Program-made: the position numbers and the translations under genes
Notes under the pieces: generated by a model
What the model was told of the DNA's origin: nothing
The model's database searches: none
The model's input: the letters and a program-made list of their open reading frames with translations, nothing else
Shown: one piece after another, positions 28,505 to 42,000 of the stretch
Numbering within the stretch: the stretch's first letter is position 1
How the letters are laid out: every line of letters starts with the position of its first letter
DNA from: Basidiobolus meristosporus CBS 931.73
Taxonomy: Eukaryota; Fungi; Basidiobolomycota
Assembly: GCA_002104905.1 (NCBI GenBank)
Contig: MCFE01000486.1
Location: 3,700-67,699, forward strand
DNA length: 64,000 bases
Reading direction: 5' to 3'

Positions 28505-29388
28505 ATGTCTTCCACTTTCGAGCAAGCGGCCTCTTACAGTGCTAAACGCTTCCAACGGATAGAGGACGCTTACGAAGAAGTTTTTGAACTATACACCGAA
28601 GGTTCACGTAATGGCGATTGGGTGCATAACAAATTTGCTCAGCAAAAACTGGCCCAAGTGGAAGTGGAGTTGGAGTGTATTTTCGCGTCTTATCTTATTG
28701 CGTGATTCTCCCATTTATGTGTTTCTGAATATTTCTAGTTGGGAATAAGGCGAAAACTCTACACTTCCTCCAGAATTCAAGTATCCAAACTGCCAAGGGA
28801 ATCACCGGAGCGGTTGTTTGGGACTCAAGCATATGTCTAGCCCACTTTTTGTGGAAGAACTTCAGTTGGTTGGGAGTGGAAAAAGGAAAGTCTTGCCTAG
28901 AATTAGGCTCGGGCTGCGGTGTGGCAGGCATCACTTGCTATCATTTGGGTAGCAATGTTCACTTCACAGACCAGGAAGTTATGTTGAAACACCTGGAAAA
29001 GAACGTAAAACTGAATGCGGTAAAGCAAGCCAATCCATCTAAAGATAGACGAGAAGAGGTTCATCTGCCCAACGTTGAGCTCTCGGAATTAATGTGGGGC
29101 GAGAAGCTCCCGAAAGACATCAGCGAGCAGGAGATAGACTTTGTACTAGCAAGCGATTGTGTTTACAACGAATTCATTGTCCCAAAATTGATCGACACTC
29201 TCAAAAAGCTCTCTACAGTCAAAACCATGTTTATCATTGCGCAAGAATTACGCTCGGACTCGGTTCATTTATTATTCCTGGAAGAGCTACTGAGGGATTT
29301 CACAGTTTTCCGCGCCGTTCAAGAGGAGAAATTCGCATCTTCCTGTGTAGTGATATATCTGGCGTGGGCAACAGCAGAACGCCCTTGA
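28505..29388 (+). CDS. Family-16 lysine methyltransferase, Rkm5/METTL21-like (2 exons)
   Basis: EEVFELY N-terminal motif, GITGAVVWDSS, CLELGSGCG, FTDQ, VLASDCVY. Confidence 0.82.
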
Positions 29389-29401
29389 TAAAAATAAAGA
29401 A

Positions 29402-31009
29402 TCATTGCAAATCAACTGGGCTAGTGCGGGGAAAGCTCGCTGGCTGGGGAAGTCTGTATTCTGCCACGGAGACCTGGAAGTGCGGGCCGGTGGGATTTGC
29501 GATGCTACCTGGGACGAAAGTAAAATGGCCTTTCATTGAATATACCTTATCAGCAGCGTTCGGGCTGTCGGCGCAGATTGAACAGTACTCGAAGGTTGGT
29601 GTAGACCCTGGCAAACAGTTAGCCACAGGATTCCACTCGCATGATCATATGTGGGTGCTCCTTACTGCTCAGCAACGGATACTCTCCTACAACTAATGAA
29701 TGGCTAAGTGGCTGTTCACATGAGCCGCCTGGTCCAACCTCTACTTGCCTGCTTCCCCCTCCACCTCCTCCACATTGCCGCTCTGGAAGCGGATCAGCCA
29801 GTAGCGGCTAACCAGCTGGCATGATGCATAGCCCAACGTCTCTGCGTTCAATAAATTCATCCGAATACGGTATATAAACTGAGTGTACGGCCGCCGAGAT
29901 TCGCTGGCAAAAATCGCCGACGCTCGGATTTCGATGCCTGGAGTGTGGTGGTTAGATAGATCCCATCCCTGAGCTGCACGTGATCTGTGTACCCTTGGTA
30001 ACCGCCCGGCTGGTTCCTAGCCCTTCGTTCGGGAACATGAGGATTTGTTTCTGTGCGGTCAAGTCAAACACTCCCATCTCGAGGTTGTCGACATACTCCT
30101 CGATGAAATCCATGAAGAGGCCCTTGTCGTGGTATTTGTACGTGATCTCATCAAACTCAATGACATGATGCAACAGATGCGGCTGCAAGGGTTTTGGGCA
30201 ACTAGTCACCAGCGCCAGACTTTTTCCGGTGTATCGGCACCACCCGAAAATACTAAAGATCGTGTAAGCACTTAGCGGGGAAAACCTTGCCTGGGAAACC
30301 TACACTATTTCGAGCGACCAGATTTTGTACGTTCGCAAGTGGCTATCCGAGCCAAACGTTAGCATTCTACGTGAAGGTTAACTAGTGCATTCAGGGCTTA
30401 CGTCGAAGGGATCCACAGTAAACAACAAAAAATCCCTTTGCGAGAAATGTTAGGCCAGCAGCAAAGAATGTTTTCATACTCCACAGATTACCATAGCAAT
30501 GATAGACCCCAAATAGCCCACCAGTGTACCCTCTTTCCCCATCGTGGAAATGATACCACAATTCAAATTCCTTGGGAAAGTGAACTTCCGCACTTATCAG
30601 CGTCGTCTTCCACTTAAGCGGTGGAGCTAATGTTGCAAAAAGTTGAGGTGCCTTTTTTTGCAGCCATTTCTCTAAGCGCTGCATGCATCTCTTCACCTTG
30701 GGAAATGCTTCAGTGTATCCACTGTATGTAAGGCGGAATAATCTGTAGGTTTCTTGGTAGGTCTGTGGGGTTGGCTGGAAAAGTTGAGGTGTGATTTCTG
30801 CTCGCTTACAATGTGGCAACCAGAGGTTATCCCCAGTACTTGCTTGATACAAAGCTCTGCAGGTCTACAATTGGACGGAAGTAAGCCTCTAGCTCCGCAA
30901 AAAGGGCAAACTCCCGACTTACCAGTCCGCAGGCCGCCAATTCCTCCGGTCGGTGTATGTATTTGAATATCGAAGTAAGAATGTCCGCTGGAAGATTTTG
31001 TATATTCAT
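29402..31009 (-). CDS. F-box + SMI1/KNR4 + ApaG(DUF525) protein, FBXO3/SKIP16-like (multi-exon)
   Basis: F-box (LPADILTSIF), SMI1-like LEKWL…FPKEFELWYHFHDGE..GLFG, ApaG-like YRIRM, QLVSRYWLI, FEYCS, SMKGHFTFVPGSI..P.G..F.V. Confidence 0.75.
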
Positions 31010-31924
31010 AGCTGTCTGCAGCTGTCTAGTTGAGAACTCTATTGCGTGACTGGATTCGAAGTTGGGCTGATGTAATTATCGTTCTGTATCACATGATCGG
31101 GTGAGATGCTTAATTTTATTCTTGCGTAGTTACTATTGCTTAGTATTATTGCCATGAATCACTGCGAGTTATCTTCAACATCAATGGGCCAGTCTCTGAA
31201 GTAGCACCAGTTGCAAGTAGCTATCCTAATGCCAAATTATTTCCTGATTATCATTTCTTAAATCTTGCATAAATCTCCAGGTTACTTAAGTGTCCCCATG
31301 TTTTGTGCACTTCATTCCATCACTTTATTCTCATATTGCTGAACTTTTACTCAATTAGCTAACGAATATAAACATACTCATCTATTCCAAGTCCTGTTTC
31401 AATTTCCAACTATGCTAAGCTAATGTACGCATTAGAGTGCAAATCATACTCTATTCTGTGGAGTCACTATCCGACGTTGGAGACGATGCAGCACAACCAG
31501 TCTGGATACCTGCCATATGAATATAATCTACGATTCTTTCGATTAGGAACCATATGTTTGCCTTTCCATAAACTGCAAAGGGAGAGTTGGGTGAGATTCT
31601 TGCTAAGATTCTTGAACCATAGACACAAGATACAAATTACTCATGTATATGTGCATATAATCAATAAATGCAACTGCAATGAGAGGAGCCAGTTATCGAT
31701 CAAAACCTTCATATTCCTGATCTCTACCACTAAAGTCATGTACGTATTCTTTTGCCTGATGTATTTAAATCAGGAGAAACGCTAGCTTTATTGTAGTAAT
31801 CAACCGCAATTGGCTAATTTTTTCATATCCTTCAAGTGTGCAATCACTTTCATCTCGATTGGAGTTACATGGAGCGACTGACTAAACTGGGTTGCTTTCT
31901 AGCAATTTTCTGCACATTGGGTTA

Positions 31925-32392
31925 CTAACAGTTGTCAACACACTGGGTCGTCTCTACAGGTGCTGAGTATTCAACTTCGGGCTGCATATAAACGTAAGGA
32001 TACGCGGTACCATCCTCTGAGTGTTCAGCTCCCTTCTTCTTGGCGTACTCCGAAGCGCCAGCTGAGCCCTCCAATTCAAGGCTAGGGCCTGCTTGATATT
32101 TAACATTTAGGCCCTTTCCTCTCTCGGCATGGGCAACATTTAAGTTGTCATGCTTCCGAGTAACCGTAGTGAATACTTGTCTCAACAACGGGACCTCGGC
32201 CACCGGAGCCGATGGAAGTACGAAGGTTCTTGTATTAGAGTGGCATGGTATCGCATGCTGACCGCATGGCACTCGGCGAAGATAGACCTTTTTGAACGAC
32301 TGGGTGTATGGTGAGCTGTAGCCAGCAGGAACAGCGGTGACTACCTCAAGAGTAACCAAGCCTAGAATAGCAGCCAAGATATAGAAGTGCAT
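31925..32392 (-). CDS. Small secreted protein, 155 aa, intronless, unknown function
   Basis: Signal peptide MHFYILAAILGLVTLEVVTA, 4 Cys, TATATATA about 40 nt upstream. Confidence 0.75.
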   Translation of the reverse strand: MHFYILAAILGLVTLEVVTAVPAGYSSPYTQSFKKVYLRRVPCGQHAIPCHSNTRTFVLPSAPVAEVPLLRQVFTTVTRKHDNLNVAHAERGKGLNVKYQAGPSLELEGSAGASEYAKKKGAEHSEDGTAYPYVYMQPEVEYSAPVETTQCVDNC

Positions 32393-33326
32393 TGCGACAG
32401 ATACAACTTGAGATGGTCTACCTCACTCTATATATATTGTCAAGAAACTATCTAACAGAGTTGGAGCTTATTTAATCATCTTCCAACTACTCAATTCGTG
32501 AATATCATGTGCGTTGAGCTGGTCCGCTTTATTAGACTCCATTTGACGAGACGCGTTGCAGTATGTTGTTGAATGTGAATTGATTCTGAAAGCTGTGGAA
32601 GTAAACTCAGCGTTATCAAGTGCTACTAATAATATAATATTGGGCTGAGTTAAGTGCAACGAACAAGAAACACCCGAAACTGAGCCCTCGCAGGGCAATA
32701 AAAATACATGGAAAAGGGCTCTCATTGGATGCAACATTCATGTTTCAGGACTCAGTTACTGATCATATCAGTTAGCATTCTTACTGTTTCAATTATGATA
32801 TTCAACGGTGGTAATATATATAGAACATAAAAGTACTATAAAAAAAGGGTTGAAACAACTAACAACCAGCATTCGTTCCCAACAAGGTGGAGGGTTTGAT
32901 TTACCGTAATTTCGTCCATTTGATTTATGTTAATAAAAGTAATGTATGAACTCCCGACCCTCACAACATCGTAGGAACAGGATGTCATGAAAGGGTGCTA
33001 AGATGCTCTTTTCGTCTACGCTTATGTTGACGCTCTTCAACTACAAGTAGTAACAAGCCTATGGTGCTAAGAGGCTTATGAGCAACACGGATTATAAGCG
33101 GTGCCGCACGATAGGGTTTCACTATTCGCAGGCTACAAGTTTTATTTTGTTGATCAAGATATGGGAATTCCTCGAATTTATGATCCCATTTCTATTTTTA
33201 TCGGAAATTGCCCGAGCACTTGCTTTGTTATTTTGCCAGTCTATGGTATAGAATCTATCCATTTTTCATCCTCATTACTATGTTTTGTCTTCATTGAATC
33301 ACCCGCCTCATCTTTTGGCAAGTATC

Positions 33327-35397
33327 TATTGTAAGAGTTTTGGAGATATTAGAAGTGATCGGGAGAACAAGTAGATTACGCAGTTTTCACCTAATGATTT
33401 ATTGAATGTAAAGTAGTGTTTATACTTTTACTTGGTCTTGGTAAACAAACATGTAAAATATGCTTAGGAAGATCTCAAGAGCATGTGCGCAAAGTTTGGG
33501 GGTGTTTGGACACCTTTGAGATTTTTTATGTTCTGGGTACCAGATATTTTGGTGAAAATATTCTAATTATATCTCATCAAGGAATTTGATCTAAATTCTC
33601 TAACATCTGTAGGTAATGATGTAAGTGACTAAGGTGAATATGTAGGTGTAATTACGTATTCTACAACACTCCCACTCAACAAAATACTCATATCAACTAG
33701 TCCTAATTGTGACCTAGAACATTCAAGTTTGTCTCTAGCTAATGGTTTGGTCAATATGTCCGCAATCATTTCACTTGTAAGATAGTGAGCTAAGTTAACA
33801 AAGTGATACCCTATGTTGTAAGAGTCTTGGAGATATTGGAAGTGTTTGGGAGAGCAAGTAGATTATGTGGTTTTCATTTAATGATTTATTGAATGTAAAA
33901 GTAGTATTTATACTTTCACATTGTCTTGGCATATCAAACACATAGAATAGGTTAAGGGAGGTCTTAAGAACATGTGTGCAAAGTTTGGGGCTGTTTGGAC
34001 AACTTACCTAATTTTCATGTTCTGGGTAAGTATTCTAAGTAAATCCCAACAGGGAATTTGGTCAGTATTCCCTAGAATTTCAAGGTAATGATCTAAGTGA
34101 CTAAGTTGGATGAATATTTAGGTGGAGTTACAATTTTTACAACACCCTATAGCTTCACCAATGAAGTGATGTGTAAAATCTATGTGCTCAGCACTAGCAT
34201 GCAATGTTGGATTTCTACCTAATTGTATACATTCTTGATACTCTTGAAATAATGTAGTAGACCCTTTCTGATATAATCCCAAGTCTTTTAAAAGCTTTTT
34301 TAACTACATTGCTTTTTTTTAGGCTCACTGGCTACCATATATTATGGCTCTGTGGTTAAAAGTCATATGGCTGGTTGCTTTCTCATATTCCATGAAATTA
34401 CCCCATTACAGTAAAGAAAGGTGCACTCTACAATGGATCTTCTATCTTCTAAATTTTGTTCCCAATCAGCATTGGCATATCCCAAAATATCCTGATCTGA
34501 ATCATTATAGGTATATCTTAAGTAGATACCAGCAGTTCCTCTTGGGTATCTAAAAATTCACTTAAATATTGCATAATGCTCATTCCATAGTTCTGATAAT
34601 GCTGACTAACAACTCCTGTTGAATATGAGATGTCTGAACATATTTTAAACATGATACACATCAGACTGCTAATCATATATTATTAAGGGGATTTGGGGCT
34701 CTTAGATGACACCAAGCTCTATTGAGCTGGTTGAGTTTTGACCAAGTTATGGTTTTTCTCCATTGGGGTGGCTGCTAGTTTACAGTCTTCATTTGGTACT
34801 TCTCAAGTAACTCTTGGATATACTTGGAATGGCTTAGGGCAATAGTGTGGGTACATCCGTCTATGGAGAACTTTATCCCAAAGTGATAGCTGAGCACTTA
34901 TACATTGGACATCCTGAACTCCTTGGATAGGCTTGCTTTACTATCTTGGTATAATTTCTGGTTATTGGTGGCTATAATAAAATCATCCACATGTCAAACT
35001 AATACTACTGGGCTTACTTCATCTAACTTATAGTACATGCCATGGTAAATAGTACTTCTTTACAAACTCTAAGACTATAAATAAGAATCTATCTTTTAAC
35101 TCCAGGCTCTTGGTGATTGTTTGAGACTGCATAGAGATTTTTAAGCTTGCAGACCAAATGGCGGCTATCTTAGTCAGCAAACCCACAAGACTGACTCATG
35201 TACACATCTGCATCAAGTTCCCCAATGAAAGATGCCTTTTTATATGTATTTGATGAGTAAGGAGCTTATTCTTTGCTGCAATAGCAATATTAGTCTGATA
35301 GATTAAACCTGAATACCAATCAAAATTTCAGTCAGGTCCAGTCTCTTTGTTTGAGAACATCCTTTGGCCACAAGTCATGCTTTGTATTGTTCAATTA
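33327..35397 (-). mobile_element. Degenerate Copia copy A (3' LTR 33327-33668, PPT, RNase H and RT remnant; 5' part missing)
   Basis: Collinear with 38673-40430 of the intact element, with many stops and CG->TG/CA changes. Ends where copy B begins. Confidence 0.85.
33814..34144 (-). mobile_element. Solo LTR inserted in the RNase H of copy A
   Basis: TGTTGTAA…TTACAACA with 5-bp TSD CCCTA (33809-33813 and 34145-34149). Confidence 0.9.
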
Positions 35398-37838
35398 TAT
35401 TGTAAAATTTGTAACTTCACCTAAATATTCACCTAACTTAGTCACTTAGATTATTACCTTCATATCCTAGGGAATGCTGACCAAATTCCTTTTTGTGATT
35501 TACTTGGAATATTTTCTCCAATATATCAGGTACTCAGAACATGAAAGTTTTCAAAGTTGTCCAAACACCCCCAAAACTTATACACATGTTCTTGGGGCCT
35601 TTCTAAACCTATTCTACAGGTTTATTATGCCAAGACCATGTAAAAGTATAAATACTACTTTTATATTCAATAAATGATCAAGTGAAGACAACAGTATCTA
35701 CTTGTTCTCCCAATCACTTCCAACAGGTTATGAGCCCCATGCTGCCACTCTCTGCCATGCTGATTACTACTATTACTGAAATTTTTCCCTCTGCTGAAAA
35801 GCTGGGTGGATCTAACTACCAAGTGGGCAAGGTGAAGATGAAGATGCTGCTACAAGAAAGAGGCCTTTGAGATAATGTCATGGGAGGAGAATGACCTCCT
35901 AAAAGCATGGGAGAGGAACTCTTAAAGTACCAGAAGAAAGAACAAGGTGCCTTTAATGCATTTGCCTCAATGTTGAGCATAAATTGCTAATTTAATGCTG
36001 CAGAGCAAAAATGGCAAAAAAAGCCTGGAAGGCATCAGAAGACACCTACCAGTCATGTTCAGCTGCTAAGAAAATACATCTTAGACAAAAGTTGCTTACT
36101 ACAAGGATGCTCCCATGCAAAGGAATGAAAAACCTAATTAACAAAACTATCCTATTAGTGGATGAGACAAAATCTCTGGACGTGCCAACTACTGATGAGG
36201 ATGTAATAATAACCATCCTGAATAGCCTGACAGATTGATCTCCAAGCTAATTTGGAGCACTGTGAAGCGTGTATATATGGGAAACAAGATAGACAGCTGT
36301 TCAAGAGCTCTGGGCTAATCAATACTAAGAAAAAATTAGATCTAATTCACTCAGATCTGTGTGAACCAGGATAAGATATGTAATCATGTTTATTGATAAT
36401 TATACAAGATACATGTGGGTCTACTTTATGCAGAGAAAGGAAGAAGCTCTGTGTAAGCTCAGGGAGTTTAATGCCATAGTGGAGAGAGAAATTGGCAAGA
36501 ATATTAAGAAAATATGCTCTGACAATGGTGGGCAATACACCTCAAAACTCTTCATCCACTTCTGCAAGATTCATGGGATAAATCAAGAGACTATTGAACC
36601 ATACTCCCTATAGCCAAATGGAGTAGCAGAATGTGCAAACAGATCAATAATTGAAATGGAAAGATCTATATACCATAATCAAAAATTATCCTATGATTTC
36701 TGGGTGCAATCAGTTACCACAGCTGTATGCCTTAAAAATAGGAGTTGTAACAGACTACTTTGTGATTCTACACCATTTGAAGCATGGTATGGATACAGAC
36801 CAAGTGAAGAACATCCAAGAATGTTTTGGTGTACAGCATATGCCAAGAAACTGCCTGGAAATCAGTCAATATCTGAGCCAAAAAGTGTAAGTGCATATTT
36901 CTGGCTACTGCAATGAGAGTAAAGCGTACAGGCTCTACTGTACCAAAGCAAGAAGCTGACCAAGTGCAGGAATGTGTTGTTTGATGAATACTCAAGATTT
37001 TCAAGAAAATGGCAATAGATGATGACAAAAGTCTGATCCCAAGTCCACCAATTGTCAGGATTGATCTAAAGCAAAACAATGAAGATTCTTTCACTCCAGA
37101 GAACTCTATAGCCATGTGTCAGCCTGAAGCAGAGCCTAGTTAAATCCCCAAAGTGATCATTGCAGTATCAAATGCCTGGAGAACCAACCAAAGAAGAAAT
37201 AGCCCAAATCACTATATCAATGAGGGTACAAATTTAGCCTATGCCTATTCAGTCCATATTAGTGAGCCTCAGACTGTATAAGAGGCCCTGAACCACCCTC
37301 AGACAAAGTTTTGGAGATCTGCATTGACTGAGGAATATCAGGTGCCAATGGAGAATCAAACTTGAGTCTTAGTCAAATTACATATCAACCAAATTCAATT
37401 GGATGCAGATGGGTCTTTAAGACAAAATACAAGGCTGATGGTACATTTGAAAGATACAGAGCAAGACTTGTAGCCAATGGATATGCTCAAACAAAAGAAC
37501 TTGACTATACTGAGACCTTTTCACAGGTAGCTGGGTTTGATTCCATCAAACCAGCATTGACTATTGCAGCCAAATATGCGTTTTTATACATCAAATAGAT
37601 ATAAAAACTGCATTTTGAATGAAGAACTTAATGTGGACATGTATATGGACCAGCCTGATGTGTTTGCTGACCAAGATGACCCCCATTTGGTAAGCAAGCT
37701 TAAATAGTCTCTGCATGGATCCAAATAACCACCAAGAGCCTGGAACTGCAAAATAGATTTTCATTTGGAATCTTTATGTTTCAAAAGTAGTAATACTGAC
37801 CATAGTATATACTATAAGCCAGACTGTAAACTGGCAAC

Positions 37839-38187
37839 TGTTGTAAAAATTTGTATTTCCACCTAAATATTCACCTAACTTAGTGACTTAGATCATTACC
37901 TTCATATCCTAGAGAATACTGACCAAAATCCTTGTTGGGACTGACTTAGAATATTTTCATCAGAATACCAGGTACCCAGAACATGAAAATTCTCAAAGTT
38001 GTCCAAACAGCCCCAAACTTTGCACACATGTTCTTGGGACCTTCCTTAACCTATTTTATGTATTTGTAATGCCAAGACCAGGTAAAAGTATAAATACTAC
38101 TTTTACATTCAATAAATCATTAAGTGAAAAACACACAATCTACTTGTTCTCCCAATCACTTCCAATATCTCCAAGACTCTTACAACA
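37839..38187 (+). mobile_element. Solo LTR inserted in the RT of copy B
   Basis: 349 bp, TGTTGTAA…TTACAACA, 5-bp TSD GCAAC (37834-37838 and 38188-38192). Confidence 0.92.
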
Positions 38188-38672
38188 GCAACTACCCTAA
38201 TGGATATAAACCTTAACTTGGTCAAAACTCAACCAAATCAAGAGAGCATGGTGTCATCTGAAAGCCCTGACTTTCCTTATGAAACTGTGGTTGACAGTTG
38301 GATATATACCATGCTTGCAGTATGCCCAGATATCTCATGGTCAGAACTATGGATCTGGTCATATTGCGGCAGTTAAGCAGATTTTCAGCTACTTAAGGAA
38401 CTGCTGATATCTGCTTAAGATACACTTATAGGGACTCAGAATAGGAGCTTGTGGGATTCTCTGATGCTTAATGGGGACAAAATTTAGAAGACAGAAGATC
38501 CACCACAGGATCCACCATTCTTTACTATAAAGGAGCAATATCATGTAATTCACAAAAGCAGCCAACCATAGCACTTTCTACCACAGAGGCAGAGCATATG
38601 GCAGCCTGTGAAGCTACAAAAGAAGCTATATGGTCAAGGAAGCTTTTTAAAGATTTAGACCAATGTCAAATA

Positions 38673-39022
38673 TGTTGTAAGAGTCTTGGAGATATTGGAA
38701 GTGATTTGGAGAACAAGTAGATTATGTGGTTTTCACTTAATGATTTATTGAATGTGAAAGTAGTATTTATACTTTTACATGGTCTTGGCATTACAAACAC
38801 GTAGAATAGGTTAAGGAAGGTCCCAAGAACATGTGTGCAAGGTTTGGGGCTGTTTGGACAACTTTGAGAATTTTCATGTTCTGGGTACCTGGTATTTTGG
38901 TGAAAATATTCTAAGTAAATCCCGACAAGGAATTTGGTCAGTATTCTCTAGGATTTGAAGGTGATGATCTAAGTGACTAAGTTAGGTGAATATTTAGGTG
39001 GAAAATACGAATTTTTACAACA
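38673..39022 (-). repeat. 3' LTR of copy C
   Basis: TG…CA ends with 8-bp terminal inverted repeat TGTTGTAA/TTACAACA. Contains TATAAATA and AATAAA on the element strand. Confidence 0.97.
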
Positions 39023-39031
39023 CTCCCACTC
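39023..39031 (-). other. Polypurine tract GAGTGGGAG of copy C
   Basis: Abuts the 3' LTR. The same sequence precedes the 3' LTRs of copies A and B and the 2007 relic. Confidence 0.85.
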
Positions 39032-39033
39032 AG

Positions 39034-42000
39034 CTAAATGTTCATACTGACTAGTCCTAATTTTGACCTAAAATATTCAAACTTGTCTTTAGCTAATGGT
39101 TTGGTAAATATGTCTGCAATCATTTCATCTGTAGGACAGTAAACTAAGCTAACTAAGTTATTCTCTATAGCTTCACGTATGAAATGATGTCTAATATCTA
39201 TGTGCTTGGTTCTAGCATGAAAAGTTGGATTTCTATCTAATTGTATACATCCTTGATTATCTTGAAATAAAGTAATAGGCGTTTTTTGACATAGGCCTAA
39301 ATCTGCAAAGAGCTTTCTTAACCACATTGCTTCTTTTGTAGCTTCACAGGCTGCCATATACTCTGCCTCTGTAGTAGAAAGTGCTACGGTTGGTTGCTTT
39401 CTTGAATTCCATGAAATGGCTCCTTTACAGTAAAGAAAGGTGTATCCTGTGGTGGATCTTCTGTCTTCTAAATTTCGTCCCCAATCAGCATCAGAGTATC
39501 CCACAAGATCCTGTTCTGAATCCTTATAAGTGTATCTTAAGCAGATATCAGCAGTACCTTTTAGGTATCTAAAAATCCGCTTAACTGCTGCAATATGATC
39601 AGATCCATAATTCTGATTATGTTGGCTGACAACTCCCACTGAATATGAGATATCTGGACGTGTTCCAAGCATGATATACATCAGACTGCCGACCATAGAT
39701 TGATAAGGAAAGTCAGGGCTTTCAGATGGCACCAAGCTCTCTTGATTTGGTTGAGTTTTGACCAAGTTAAGGTTTGTCTCCATTGGGGTAGCTGCCGGTT
39801 TACAGTCTTCCATTTTGTACTTCTTTAGTATATCTTGAATATACTTGGATTGGCTTAGGGTAATAGTCTGGGTACTTCTGTCTATGGAGAACTTAATCCC
39901 TAAGTAGTAACTAAGTTCTCCTAGATCGGACATCTTGAACTCCTTAGATAGGCTGGATTTAGTCTCTTCCAATGTTTCTAGGTTATTGGCGGCTATAATA
40001 AGATCATCCACATATAGAGCTAATAGAACTGGATTTGCTCTATCTGGCTTATAGTATATACTATAGTCAGCATTACTCCTTTTGAAACTCAAAGATTCCA
40101 AATAAGAATCTATCTTGCAATTCCAGGCTCTCGGTGATTGTTTGAGACCATATAGTGACTTTTTAAGCTTGCAGACCAAATGGGGGTTATCTTGGTCAAC
40201 AAACCCATCAGGCTGGTCCATATACACGTCCTCATCAAGTTCTCCATTCAAAAATGCAGTTTTTACATCCATTTGATGAATAAAAAACTTATATTTGGCT
40301 GCAATAGCCAATATTAATCTGATGGAATTAAACTTGGCTACCGGTGCAAAGGTCTCAGTATAGTCAAGTCCTTTTGTTTGAGAGTAACCTTTGGCTACAA
40401 GTCTTGCTTTGTATCTTTCAATTGTACCATCAGCCTTGTATTTTGTCTTAAAGACCCATCTGCATCCAATTGATTTTTGGTTGATTGGTAATTTGACTAA
40501 GTCCCAAGTTTGATTTTCCATCAGGGCCTGATATTCCTCAGTCATTGCAGATCTCCAAAACTTTGTCTGAGGGCTATTTAGGGCCTCTTTTACAGTCTGG
40601 GGTTCATCAACATGGACTGAATAGGCATAGGCTAAGTTTGTACCCTCATTGATATAGTAATTTGGGCTATTTCTTGTCCGATTGGATCTCCGGGCATTTG
40701 ATACTGGAATGATCACTTCTGGGATATTCCTGGGCACTGATTCTGGCTGAACCACGGTTGTAGAGTCCTCTGGAGTGAAAAAATTTTCATTGTTTTGCTC
40801 TGATTCAATCCTGACAATTGGTGGACTTGAGATCAAATTTTCGTCATCATCTGATGTCATTTTTTGTGAAAATTTTGAATTTTCATCAAACAACACATCC
40901 CTGGACTTGATCAGCTTCTTTGCTTCGGTATTGTAGAGTCTGTATGCCTTACTCTCATTGCAGTAGCCCAAAAATATGCATTTTACACTTTTTGGCTCAA
41001 ATTTTGACTGATTTCCGGCCAGTTTTTTGGCATATGCTGTACACCCAAATATTCTTAGATGTTCTGCACTTGGTCTGTATCCATACCATGCTTCAAATGG
41101 AGTAGAATCACGAAGTATTCTGTTATAACTCCTATTTTTAAGATATACAGCAGTGGCAACTGATTCCGCCCAAAAATCATAGGATAATTTTTGATCATGG
41201 ATCATAGATCTTGCCATATCAATTATTGATCTGTTAGCTCGTTCTGCTACTCCATTTTGCTGTGGGGAGTATGGTACAGTAGTCTCTTGCTTTATCCCAT
41301 GAATTTTGCAGAAGTGGATGAAGAGTTTTGAGGTATATTCTCCACCATTGTCAGAGCGTATTTTCTTGATTTTTTCACCAGTTTCTCTCTCCACCATGGC
41401 TTTAAACTCCCTGAGCTTAGACAGAGCTTCTTCCTTTCTCTCCATGAAGTAGACCCATGTGTATCTTGTATAATCATCAATAAAAGTGATTAAATACTTC
41501 ATCCCGCCTAAGGATAAATTTTGCATAGGTCCACACAGATCTGAGTGAATTAGATCTAATTTTTTCTTAGTTTTGATTAACCCAGAGCTCTTGAACGGTT
41601 GTCTGGCTTGTTTCCCATATATGCAGGCTTCACAGTGCTCCAAATTAGCTGGGGGATCAATTTTCACTCCAGAAATTAGCTGATCTTTGATCATTTTACG
41701 CAAATAATCAAAATTGATGTGTCCAAATCTCCTGTGCCAAAGCATTGGTGTTTCTTCATTTAAGTTACTTATATTGGCTTCCAGATATGATGGAATATAA
41801 GTCAACTTGTATAGGTTCTGATCTCTGATGCCCGAAGCAATATGAGCACCATTTTGATCAGTGATCCTGCATCCAGAATTGTCAAAACTGAAACTGAGTC
41901 CTTCTGCTGTGGCCTTGCTTACAGAGAGTAGGTTCTTGGCTATTTCTGGTACATAGAGTACTTCTTTAAAGGTCAGTGTATGGCTTCCTTCACTGCTTCT

